Part shown: piece after piece, positions 11,130-21,200 of the stretch
Numbering within the stretch: position 1 is the first letter of the stretch
Layout of the letters: each line of letters opens with the position of its first letter
Source: Scenedesmus sp. PABB004
Lineage: Eukaryota
Assembly: GCA_014905635.1 (NCBI GenBank)
Contig: JABVCE010000039.1
Span: 1-64,000, forward strand
Length of the DNA stretch: 64,000 nt
Direction of reading: 5' to 3'
The notes under the pieces: model-generated
Database searches by the model: none
Told to the model about the DNA's origin: nothing
The model's input: the letters and a program-made list of their open reading frames with translations, nothing else
Position numbers and translations under genes: made by a program

Positions 11130-12293
11130 TCACACGAGCGTCCGCTGAATGAAGTTGGCAAACTTGGACGTGCTGCTATAGCTATACGCCACGTCCTGCT
11201 CCTGCAGCAACGCCTCCAGCCGCGCGCGCAGCGCCTCGGGCTTGTCCTGCGGCGGGCGCATGACGCAGCGGCGGCCCCGGGCTGACTCAGCGGTCGGTCA
11301 TGGCATGACAGGGCAGTGCCCGCAGCCACGCGCACCGTCTCCGCCTCGAGCTCGTAGAGGGTGCCCCACTCATAGCGCGTGGCGTCCAGCTCGAGCGTGA
11401 AGCCCTCCCACGCGACCTCCTGCCGCGTGTTCTCAAAGCCGCCCAACGAAACCAGCGCAGTCAGGCCGTACTGCCTGCGCGACGGCGGCGGCGGCAGGGC
11501 AAATCCAGAGCGAATCAGGCCGCCGCTCTGCCGCTGACTGGTGCGGGGTTGCGCACGCCGCGGCGCGCGACGCGAGCCCGCGGGCACGTCACGCCACGCC
11601 CGTCGGCGCGGGACGCCCCCGCCACTAGCTGAGCTAGCTGAGCTGCCTGCCGCACGCGCCGGCGCCGCGCCGGCGCCGCGCCAGGCGCACGCACCTCGCG
11701 AGGCGGCGTATGATGTCGCTGTCGAGGTCCAGCAGCGCCGAGGGCTGCACCAGGTACGCGCGCGCCGCGGCGGCGTCCGGCAGCGTCTCCTCCTCCTCGC
11801 TCGCGCGCGCAATGCCGTCCACAAGCACCTGCTCACCCTTGAGCGTCAACACGGCGCGCCTGTCGGCGTCGTAGAAGCGCAGCCGCAGCACCACGCGCCG
11901 GCTGTTGAGCTCGCCGCCCGGGCCGTCAAAGAAGTAGTTCTCCTGCGGGGCGCAGGGTTCAGGGCCGCTTCCGCAACCCCCGCCGCAGCCGCCGCGGTGG
12001 TCGCACAGAGCATGTGCAGCGCCCGCCGCACCGCCCGCAAACCTGCTGGTGCGTCGCGACCAAAAGCCCGGCGCCAGCAGCTGCTCCAGCTTGCTGTGGG
12101 CCTCCGGCCCCGGCAAGCGCAGCTTCACCTCAACCTGGGCCGTGGCGCGCGGCAGCCGCGCGACGGGCGGCGAGGCAATGAATGAGCGTGTCCCTCCAGC
12201 CGCCCGACGTGCACGCGCGCGCCCCTGCGCCTGAGCGGCCCCGCGCCCCTGCGAGCGCGCCTGCCGCCGGCGCTGCGTGCGGCGCACCTCCAT
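11130..12293 (-). CDS. TTM3: CYTH-domain triphosphate tunnel metalloenzyme 3
   Basis: ME|VEVKLRL (ExExK), QENYFFDG, LRLRFY, LTLKG, LELDATRY, YELEAET, ending SKFANFIQRTLV-TGA; two TGTAA signals at 10899-10908. Confidence 0.92.
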
Positions 12294-12322
12294 CGCGCCG
12301 CTGCCGGCCGCGGCCCCGGCCG

Positions 12323-12679
12323 CTACTTGCACAGGCCGATGCGCGCGTCCCGCGCCGCCTTGCTGCCCTGTGGCTTCTGCTGGCGGGGGCGCGCGCGGCG
12401 GTGCGCGCCTGACGACGCCGCTGCAAGGGCCGCCGCGCGCACCGCAGCGGCGCTGCCGCGGCCGCGCACCTGCGGGTCGCCCTGCACTGCGCCGCCTGGC
12501 TGCTGCTGCGCCAGGGCTTGCTGCCGCGTGAGCGCCTCGTACTGCGGCGGCGCGCAGCGGAGCAGACAGTTGGCAGCGAGCAGCGGACCCGCCATCCGCC
12601 TAGCCGGCTGGAGGCGCTGGCGCACCTCCTCCTTGTCCTCTGGCTTGAGCTCGATGCGGGTGGGCTTGCGTGGCAGCAT
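12323..12679 (-). CDS. CDC26: APC/C subunit CDC26, about 60 aa (exons 12679-12626, 12541-12470, 12379-12323)
   Basis: N-terminal MLPRKPTRIELKPEDKEE|YE matches the CDC26 motif MLRRKPTxIxLxxED; ends RDARIGLCK; lies directly upstream of TTM3, as in land plants. Confidence 0.88.
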   Translation of the reverse strand: MLPRKPTRIELKPEDKEEVRQRLQPARRMAGPLLAANCLLRCAPPQYEALTRQQALAQQQPGGAVQGDPQVRGRGSAAAVRAAALAAASSGAHRRARPRQQKPQGSKAARDARIGLCK

Positions 12680-12957
12680 CAGACAGCCGCATCAACCGGG
12701 TTGCCAGCGCGAGCAGCGGCGGCAGCAGCGGCGGCAGGAGCGGCGGCAGCGACGGCGGCGCAGCGGCGAGCGCCCGGCGCTGCGGCGGGGGCTAACCGAG
12801 ACGCGGCGCAGCGCGCGGTAGGCCGGCGGCTAGCCACAGGCTGTGGCCCACAGCATTGGCGCCAGAGAACCGCCGCCGGTTGACGAGCGGCGGCGCGGAG
12901 CACAGCCCGCAGCGCGGGTGTTTTTGACTGTGCGCCCGCGGAAGAAGTCCCGCCAAC

Positions 12958-14222
12958 ATGGAGGCTGATCGCCTGCTCGCGGCGGCCCTGCAGGTGCCGC
13001 GCGGCGGTTGGCAGCGGCACCGCCGCTGCCGGCGGCAGCGGCAGGCGGTGTCAGGCGGCAGCGCTGCCGCTTGGCGGCGGTGCGCGCCCCGGCGGCGGTG
13101 CTCGTGCCCCAGACACCGCCTGCCCCTGCCCCTGCCCCCGCAGGCCGAGGAGGACGCAGCGGCGGCGCGGGAGGCGGGCCGGCCGCCGGACGAGCAGGCA
13201 CGGCTCGTGGCGGAGCTCAACGCCGGCGTGGCCAAGGCGCTGTCTGTGCGTGCGGCCGCTGCGCGCAGCCGGCTGGCGCTGCCGGCGGCCCGCGCGCTGA
13301 GCGCCCCAACACCGGCGGCCTCCGCGCGCCAGGTGGAGGATGCGTCGGCGCGCGCAGCCGCGCTCGAGCTGATGCAGCTGGCAGAACTGCGCGCCGAGGC
13401 GGCGGCCACGGCGGCGCTGCATGCCCGCCTGGGCGAGCCGCTGCGCTGCAGCGAGGGCGACCTGGCGGTGCAGGGGCTGGCCGCGTGGTTCAAGGCCTCT
13501 TTCTTCACCTGGGTGCGCGGGCGGGGGCCGGACCACGGCACGCGGGCCACAGTGGGGGCCTCCTGCTGGGGGGGGGGGGGGGCGCCGCCGAACCGCCGCC
13601 CCCAACGTCAGGTCGACCAGCCGCCGTGCGAGGTGTGCGGCGGCGGCACCACGCACGCCGGCATGGCGGCGCCCACGCCGCAAGAGGCGGCGCACGGCGC
13701 GGGGCGCGTGGAGACCTACCGCTGCACCGTCTGCTCCCAGGCAAGGCCCAGCCACCGCTGCCGCCCCGCCGGCGCGCCGTGCCGCTGCGGGCTGCGGCGC
13801 CTCTCGCTGGCTAACGCGCCGGCGCTGTGCGGCGCGCTGCCCGCAGGTGACGCGCTTCCCGCGCTACACACACGCCGTCAAGCTGCTCAGCACGCGCCGC
13901 GGCAGGTGCGCGCGGCGTGGCGGCGCGGAGCTGCTGAACGCGCAGGGACCCTCGCGGTTCAGCTGCCGCGCCGCGCAGGTGCGGCGAATGGGCGCACACG
14001 TTCCTGTTGCTGCTGCGCGCGGCGGACTTTGAGGCGCGGCACGTCTCGGACTGCGCCGACCACGTGTGGTGTGAGTACTGGAGCGACGGGCTCGGGCGCT
14101 GGGTGCACGTGGACGCGTGCGAGCGCTCGTGGGATCAGCCGCTGCTCTATGAGGCGGGCTGGGGCAAGCGCATCGCGCACGCCTTTGCCGCGGGCAGGCA
14201 CGGCGTCGCGGACGTCACGCGG
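12958..14222 (+). CDS. PNG1: Peptide:N-glycanase (transglutaminase-like), 3' end missing
   Basis: WFKxxFFTWV, CEVC and CTVC zinc pairs, TRFPRY, LLSTRRGRCGEWA, DHVWCEYWS, RWVHVDACE, PLLYEAGWGK, DVTR. Confidence 0.9.
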
Positions 14223-14386
14223 TGCGCGCCGGCTGCCAGGGGGCGCGGCTGGGATGCAGCGTGGCGGCGGCACAACCGCCGAAGAGCCTAGCAGGTGTCT
14301 CCATGTGCCCTGTGGTAGCCTTGCCCTTAGCCTTGTTTGCGTCCATAGAGAGCAAAACGGAAAACGTCCCAGTGCTCAGCAAGTAT

Positions 14387-15577
14387 TCAAGGGGTTGCTG
14401 CTTGACAAGCATTGTTGACGCATGAAAAGGTTGCGCACTCAGTGGTATACGTGCAGACGTCGCCAGTCGCCTTGATACCCTACGTAGCAAGAAGAACACG
14501 GCATGTTGAGCGATTGGCACAACATACATAAGCTTGCGCAAATGTGACAGCAGCCAACGCGCCTGTTTACACAAGTAAGAGTTGTCAACTTGGACGTCGC
14601 AGTTTTGGCTTGCACAATCGGCATCGTCTTGGCATATCTCATTCAGAGCAGCTAAGCCCTGCGTGAGGAGCAACTTAGCGGTGGGTTGATGATGCTATTT
14701 TGAAACCAATGTTATAAACCCTAATCGCAAATAACCGATGCCCCAAACCGCAATTATCTAACTAGCTCAACTTTGTCGAACCCCAAACCCTTAGGGCCTA
14801 AACTCATAACCACCCCATAGCAACGCACCGACGCGACGCACTGCCCGTCTGCACAATTTGTAGAGGTGCAGTTGGCGTTGTCTGTGCAGCTGCCGCCGAC
14901 GTCCACAACGCCCTGCGCGCGGAGCGGCAGCGGGCGGCATAAGTGCAGTGTGGTGAGGTCGGCGCACGTGCACGCCGCATGCCGCGCGCCGGATATGCTG
15001 CCGCCCGCAAGGCGCGCGCACTCACCGTCGCATAGCACTTGCCGGCGATGCAGTTGGTGGTGGTGCAGTTGGCGTTGTCTGTGCAGCTGCCGCCGACGTC
15101 CACAACGCCCTGCGCGCGGAGCGGCAGCGGGCGGCATAAGTGCAGTGTGGTGAGGTCGGCGCACGTGCACGCCGCATGCCGCGCGCCGGATATGCTGCCG
15201 CCCGCAAGGCGCGCGCACTCACCGTCGCATAGCACTTGCCGGCGATGCAGTTGGTGTTGTTGTTGTTACACGCAGGCTCAGTCGGGATTCCCGACTCGGG
15301 GCAGGGCAAGAACGAAGGCGTTCTTGGGCGGTACGCTTGGTTAGTTGGTGGTGGTGCAGTTGGCGTTGTCTGTGCAGCTGCCGCCGACGTCCACAACGCC
15401 CTGCGCGCGGAGCGGCAGCGGGCGGCGTGGGTGCGGTGTGGTGAGGTCGGCGCACGTGCACGCCGCATGCCGCGCGCCGGATATGCTGCCACACGAAGGA
15501 CACACACACGCACCGTCGCATAGCACTTGCCAGCGATGCAGTTGGTGGTGGTGCAGTTGGCGTTGTCTGTGCAGCTG
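14387..15577 (-). CDS. Cys-rich repeat protein fragment with one 4-Cys repeat per exon; 5' end missing; one exon disrupted by an insert
   Basis: Phase-0 exons GVVDVGGSCTDNANCTTTNCIAGKCYAT on a 197-bp period, then GLAALNEICQDDADCASQNC..., last exon GIKATGDVCTYTTECATFSCVNNACQAATP-TGA. Confidence 0.7.
15257..15342 (-). mobile_element. 86-bp retroposed insert with 8-bp target-site duplication
   Basis: Absent from sister repeat copies; AGTTGGTG duplicated at 15249-15256 and 15343-15350; ends TGTAA(CAA)3; contains two perfect 8-bp inverted repeats. Confidence 0.8.
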
Positions 15578-15705
15578 CCCTAAACCTAAAACTAAAAACC
15601 TAAAAAACCTAAAACCCGAAAAACCTAAAACCCTAAAAACTTAAAAAAAAAACCTAAAACTCTAAAACCTAAAACCTATAAAACCTAAAATCCAAAACCT
15701 AACCC
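15578..15705. repeat. Degenerate telomere-like tract
   Basis: Irregular CCCTAAA/CCTAAAA units interrupting an exon mid-sequence. Confidence 0.85.
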
Positions 15706-15874
15706 CTTCGCTGACGGCCGCGCTGACCCGGCTTTCCGCGCTCAAGGCGCTCTGCCCAACGCCGCACCGCCCGGCGCGACCAGCTCTCTACTACGTTTCC
15801 CATGGCGGGCAGCACGGCCGACGCCACGCAGGCCGCACGACGCACGCGGCGGTCGCCGCGGCGCTGGCCGAGGT

Positions 15875-16160
15875 GCGCGGGCCCGCCGGCGCGCGCTGGC
15901 GCGTGCGCGGGGGACTCGTGTGGCCTTGGAACTGCATTGCCGTGGAGCTGCATTCCCTACGCTGACTTCCCTCCCGGTGCGCACCAAGGGCGCCGCTCCG
16001 TGTCGGCGGAGGCGCTCCACCGTAGCGTTCGTCCGTGGCGCGCGGGCCCGCCGGCGCGCGCCGGCGCGTGCGCGGGGGACTCGCGTGGCCTTGAACTGCA
16101 TTCCCTACGCTGACTTCCCTCCCGGTGCGCACCAGGGGCGCCACTCCGTGCCGGCGGCGG
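15875..16160. repeat. Imperfect direct duplication of an intron-like segment
   Basis: gcgcgggcccgccggcgcgcg...ctgcattccctacgctgacttccctcccggtgcgcacca occurs from 15875 and again from 16040. Confidence 0.75.
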
Positions 16161-16713
16161 CGCAGCAGCGTCGCGTTCGGGGCAGCGCGCTTTTGCGGCC
16201 GACGGTGACGCTGCCCTGCTTGCCGCTTGCGCCTGGCGACGTCGCAGCTCCCCACACGATATCCTCACGCACATCGCCCTGTCCGCGCCCGGCACCTGGG
16301 ACCCGCGCCTCCGCCCCCCGGCGCAGCAGCAGGTGCGGCTGGGGTCCTCCCGGCGGCAGTGGGTTAAGGCCGCGTTCGGCCTTAGGCCGCGTTCGTCGAG
16401 CCGGCGGGGCGCGCGTCGGGCGCACCTTTTGTTGCGCGAGGCAGCAGCGGCCCGCCAGGCGCCCGCCAGGCGCCTCCGGCTGCGCTGCGCCCGCCCCCGC
16501 GCGCGCCCCGGCCCCAGGACCGGCCAGGCTCCGTCGCCGGCGCAAGCGGGGGCGGCGCCCGATGCCCGCCGCGCCGCGCCTGCGCCCGCCGCTGCTGCTG
16601 CGCCCGCCGCGCGCCCACGCGTCCGCCGCCGCCGCCCCCTGCCGCCCGCGCAGGGCTCGCCCCGGCCCCCAGGCGCAGCAGCCGCGCGCGCCACAGCGGG
16701 AACAGCGGCAGCG

Positions 16714-17777
16714 ATGTCTGACAGCGGCGGCGAGGCGGCGCCGGCAACGCCCAAGAAGCGCGCCAGCGCCGCGCAGAGCGCGGTGGTTGCGGGCCTGATG
16801 GACTTTATGCGCGCGACGCTGAGCGAGCTGCTCAACCCCGAGGCGGTCGACGCGGCGATGAAGCGCGCGGCCAAGCTGCCGAGCGTCAAGGCGGCCATGG
16901 GCGCCAAGGCGGGCAAGGCGTTCAAGGGCCCCAAGGGCAGCGCGCCGATCCGCAGCAACTACAACGTCTTTGTGCAGGCCGCGATGCATGCGCTCAAGGA
17001 GGCGGGCGTCGAGTGCAGCCTCACCGAGGTCGGCGGCGTGTGGAAGGCGCTGCCCGAGGGCCAGAAGGAGGACCTCAACCGCCGCTACACCGCCGCGCGG
17101 TGAGCCCCCGCGCACGCCCGGGGGCCCAGCGGGGCGGCGGCCACGCCGACGGCGGCGGCCAGCGCCAGCGGTCAGCGCGGCGGCCGGCGAGGCGGCCATC
17201 GGCGCCGGGGCCAGCGCAGCAGGCGGCGCCGCGGGCGGCGCTTGGCCCGCTGCAGCCGCGCGCCCGCCGCGCGCCGCGCTGCCGCGTGACCCGCGCGCCC
17301 CGCGCGCTGTGCCGCAGCGAGGCCTACAACGCCAAGCTCGCGGACGGCACGCATGACATGCCCGTGTGGGAGGAGCTGGTCTCGGCGGGCCGCGCAGCGG
17401 GGCAGGCGCCGGTCGACTACGTGCGCATGTTCAACACCTACCGCGGCGCCGCGCCCGCCAACGGCGCCACGCCCCAGGCCAAGGCGCCCGCGGGCGACGC
17501 CAAGCGCGTCGCGGAGCCGGCGACGGAGCCCAAGTCGCACAAGAAGCACAAGAAGGACAAGGTGCGGCGCCGCGCGCGCGACGACGGCGGCGGCGGCGCG
17601 GCACGCAGCTGCGCAGCAGCGGCGGCGGCGGCGCCGCCGCCGGGGGGCGCTCGCCGCGGGGCTGGGGCGTGCGCGCCCGGGCCAACGCGGCGCGCGCGCC
17701 GTGCCGGTGGGCAGGAGAAGAAGGGGAAGAAGGAGAAGAAGGCCAAGGAGAAGAAGGAGCCCTCGGACAGCGAGTAG
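16714..17777 (+). CDS. HMG-box-like protein with Lys-rich tail (3 exons)
   Basis: PKGSAPIRSNYNVFVQ...LTEVGGVWKALPEGQKEDLNRRYTAAR|EAYN fits the HMG-box pattern; tail KKHKKDK|EKKGKKEKK. Confidence 0.75.
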
Positions 17778-18221
17778 CCGCGCCGCGGGGCGGGGCGACG
17801 GCCGGGCGCTCCTGGCGGGTGAGCAGCAGCGGCGTGGCAGCCGTGGTATGCAGGCCCCGCCGGCGCCGGCGCTGCTGCTGACATGCCGACGCGACGTCGT
17901 GTGTGTGTGCGCGGGGGCTGACGGCGCGGGCGTGCCGCTGACGCTCATCACAAACTGCATCTGACCTGACATGGTTGAGCTGGCGGCGGGGTTGTGCGCG
18001 TGTGTCCGACGCACAGGGGGGGTCTTGCGGTGTGCGCACTGGGGCCGGGCGGGAGGCGGCTCTGTGCAACCAACAGTTGAGCCCTGGGCTGCACACGCGC
18101 GGCGGCGGTCTCGCGTTTCCATCCTGCCTGCGCCGCGCTCGCCCGCCGCGACCAGATGGCGCGCCACGCCCGCGCCCCGCGCGCTCGCCGCGCCCCCGCC
18201 GCGTGCCTCCGAGGCCTAGGC

Positions 18222-21200
18222 CTAGTACTCCTCCTGCTCCACCCACTCGTCCTCGGCCAGCTTTTGCAGGCGCCGCAGGTACGCGTCGGTGAGGAAGCTC
18301 TTGGTCGCGCCGCCGGCGCCCGCCGCGGCGCCCTGGCCCACCTCCAGCCCCTCCGCGAGCCGCAGCGCGCGCTTGAGCAGCTGCTCCGCCGCCGCCTTGA
18401 CCTGGCTGTTTGGCTCGCGCTGCAGGATGGAGCAGATGCTCGGCAGCAGCGCGACCAGGTGCGGTTGCAGCGCGCCGTCGTCAGCCGCCGCGAGCTTGGA
18501 CAGGCTGACCATGGCCTGGCGCTGAACCTCGGAGCTCTGGTCAGGGCCCAGGAGCGTGGTCATGGCGCCCACCAGCGCCGGCCCGATGTTGCGGTGCGCG
18601 GCAAAGAGGCGCACAACCGCGCGCCCGCCAGCGGTCTTCACGCTCGCCTGCGGCGGCAGCGGCGGCGGCAGTGGCGGCGACGTCAGCGCAGCGCACGCTG
18701 CGCACAACATCCGACCAGGCCCTCCGCGTGCGCGCAGGGCTGCGGCGCCCCCGGTGCAGCGCCGCCGTGCCGCGCTGGTGCGTGACGCGTCACGCACCAG
18801 CTCGGCGTCGCGTGTGGCCTTGGCCGCCGCCTCCACCGCGGCGCGCAGCACGCCGGCCTCCTCCATGCTCGGTGCCGCAGCACTGGCCACTGCGGCCAGC
18901 AGCATGGCCGCCAGCTCGCGCGCCTCCTTGCTGCCGCTGATGCCCGCTGCCGAGAGCGGGCCGGCGCTGAGCAGCTGCGACAGCCTGCTGTGCCCCGCGA
19001 CCGCCGCAAACTGCGCCATCGCGCTGACCAGCGCCGCGGCCTGCGGATCTACGCCCCCGCTCGTGGCGCCGGGGCGGCCCGACAGCACCTTGTACAACTC
19101 CAGCAGCTGGCCCTGCACCTTGTCCAGCGTGGGCTGCGTGAGGCGGTCGCCGCTGGCGCGCAGCGCGCCGCGCAGCGCCACGAGGTATGCGGCGCTGGTC
19201 TCGGGGTCCGCCGCGCTCGCCGCGTTGGCGGCCAGGTCCCCCACCAGCGCCTCCACGCGCGCGCTCAGCCGCGTGAGCTCGCCCAGGTTGTCCGCCGCTG
19301 TCATGCGCACAGCGTCGGCCTGCGTCGCGCGGCAGCGGCGCGGGGCGTCAACGCATCAGCGCGGGCGCACTCGCGGCGGGCTGCAGCGCGCCCGGGCGAC
19401 AGCGCGCGGCGCGCCGCGCCACGGGGCGCGCCTGGTCGTTGAGGCACTTGAGGAAGGTCGTCTGCAGCTGGGGCACAAAGGGCTTGAGCCCTGCGCTTGC
19501 GCGGCGGATGAGGAGGCCGAGCGTGACGAGGATGGCCGCCTTGGTGGCGGGCGGGAAGCGGTCGCCGATGATGCGGATGAGCGGCCCCGTGATGGCCACC
19601 ACAAACGGCTTCAGCCCCTCCTCGCTCGTCAGCACGATCAGCTCGCCCAGGCCCTCCGCCGCCACCTCGCGCACCTCGGGCGAGGAGCCCTGCGCAGCGC
19701 GGCGCGCGGGCGGGGGTGAGCGGGGGCCAGGGCGTCAGAGGCCGCAGGGGCAGGGGGCCTGCGCCGCAGCCCCGCCACCAGGGCGCGCGCCGCGCGCTGG
19801 CGCAGCATCGCACCTGCAGCACGCCCTGCAGGTAGATCGGCACAAACGGCGCAAGCGCCTTGGGCGGCAGCAGCAGCCCCCGCAGCTGCAGCGGCCCGCC
19901 GCGCCGCTTGCGGCGCTCCTTCTCGCGCGCGCCCGCGATGGCGTCCTTGAGCCCCGCCACGTGCCCCGGCGCGTCCTCCTTCGGGATGCTGCCCGCCAGC
20001 GCCTCGCAAGCCTCCCACGCCGCCAGCACCAGCACGTCGTCGTCTTCGGCTAGCAGCAGCACCAGCGCCTGCGCACGGCGGCGGCCGGGGCGGCGGCCAA
20101 GGGCGTGGGGCGCGGCGCGGCGCGGTTGCGGGCGGCAGGCGGCAGGGGCACGCGCGCCCCCGCTGGGCATCGGATGGATCCGTAACAGGTTTTCCACACC
20201 GGCTCCAGTGTCGAGCTGGATTCAGATCGGCAAAATGGTATCGTCACCTGCCCTTGGAGCGCGGTGCGCGCGCGCGCGCTGCTGCCGCGCGCTCCCGCGC
20301 CGCACCGTGAGCAGCTCGTCGACGTAGGGCGTGAGGCTGTGCTTGGTGCTGCGTGCGTACGCCGCCAGTAGCCGCGCCGCGCCCAGCGCGCGGCCCGCCA
20401 CGTCCTCCAGGCCCTTGAGCAGCTCCGACACCAGCACGCGCACGCTCTCCTCGTCCGTCGCCAGCGCCACCGCCAGCGCGGCCTCGCTCGCCGCCTCCTC
20501 GCGCGGGTCGTGCGGCGCGTCGGCGCCGTTGGCCTGGCCCGCCGGAGCGTGGCCGCTGGCGAGCGCGAGGCAGGTGGCCATGATGGCGGGGATATGGTGC
20601 ATCAGCACCGACGCTGCGCGCGCGGGCGGGCGGGCGGTGCAGGGGCGGCGGGGTGAGCGCAGGCAGGCGGCAGCATGGCGTGAGCAGAGGGCGAGGGCGC
20701 GGCACCCGGCTGGCGTCAGCTGTGTTGTTGTTGTTGAATTTGTCGGCAGGTGGCGCCAGGCGCCCGCTGGGATTGTTGCAGTTGATAAGCCATCACGCGC
20801 CAGCGCCAGGCGGCGCGCCGCCAAAGCACGCGGCGCGCAGCAAGCAGCGTGCGTGCCGCGCCGTGCGACCGCCCACTCACATGCTGTGCCGGCGAGCTGC
20901 CCGATGGAGCGCAGGCCCGCGCTGCTGGTCGGCGGCTTCAGGAGCTTGGGCACGATGCCGTTGAAGACCTGGGGCCGCACGCTCAGGATGACGCGCAGGC
21001 CCTCCATGCTCTGCGCCGCGTGCGCGGGAGAGTCGAGGCCGTGCAGCAGGCTGGGCACCACGCTCTCCACCGCGCCGTGCGCGCCGCCCTTGAAGAGTAC
21101 GCCAAACGCGGCGCCCGCCGCCTCGCGCACGGCGGGGTCAGCGTCGCACAGCGCGCTCTGGATGGGCGGGAGGATGTCGGACAGGTGCTCGCCCAGCTGG

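Noticed and set aside
14830..15577. Regularly spaced repeats resembling a CRISPR array
   Set aside because: Whole units repeat with no unique spacers; they are exon-intron duplications and no cas genes are present
20173..20238. rRNA-matching words as evidence of an rRNA gene fragment
   Set aside because: Matches are only 12-13 nt, out of order and bounded by C/D boxes, so they are better explained as snoRNA guides
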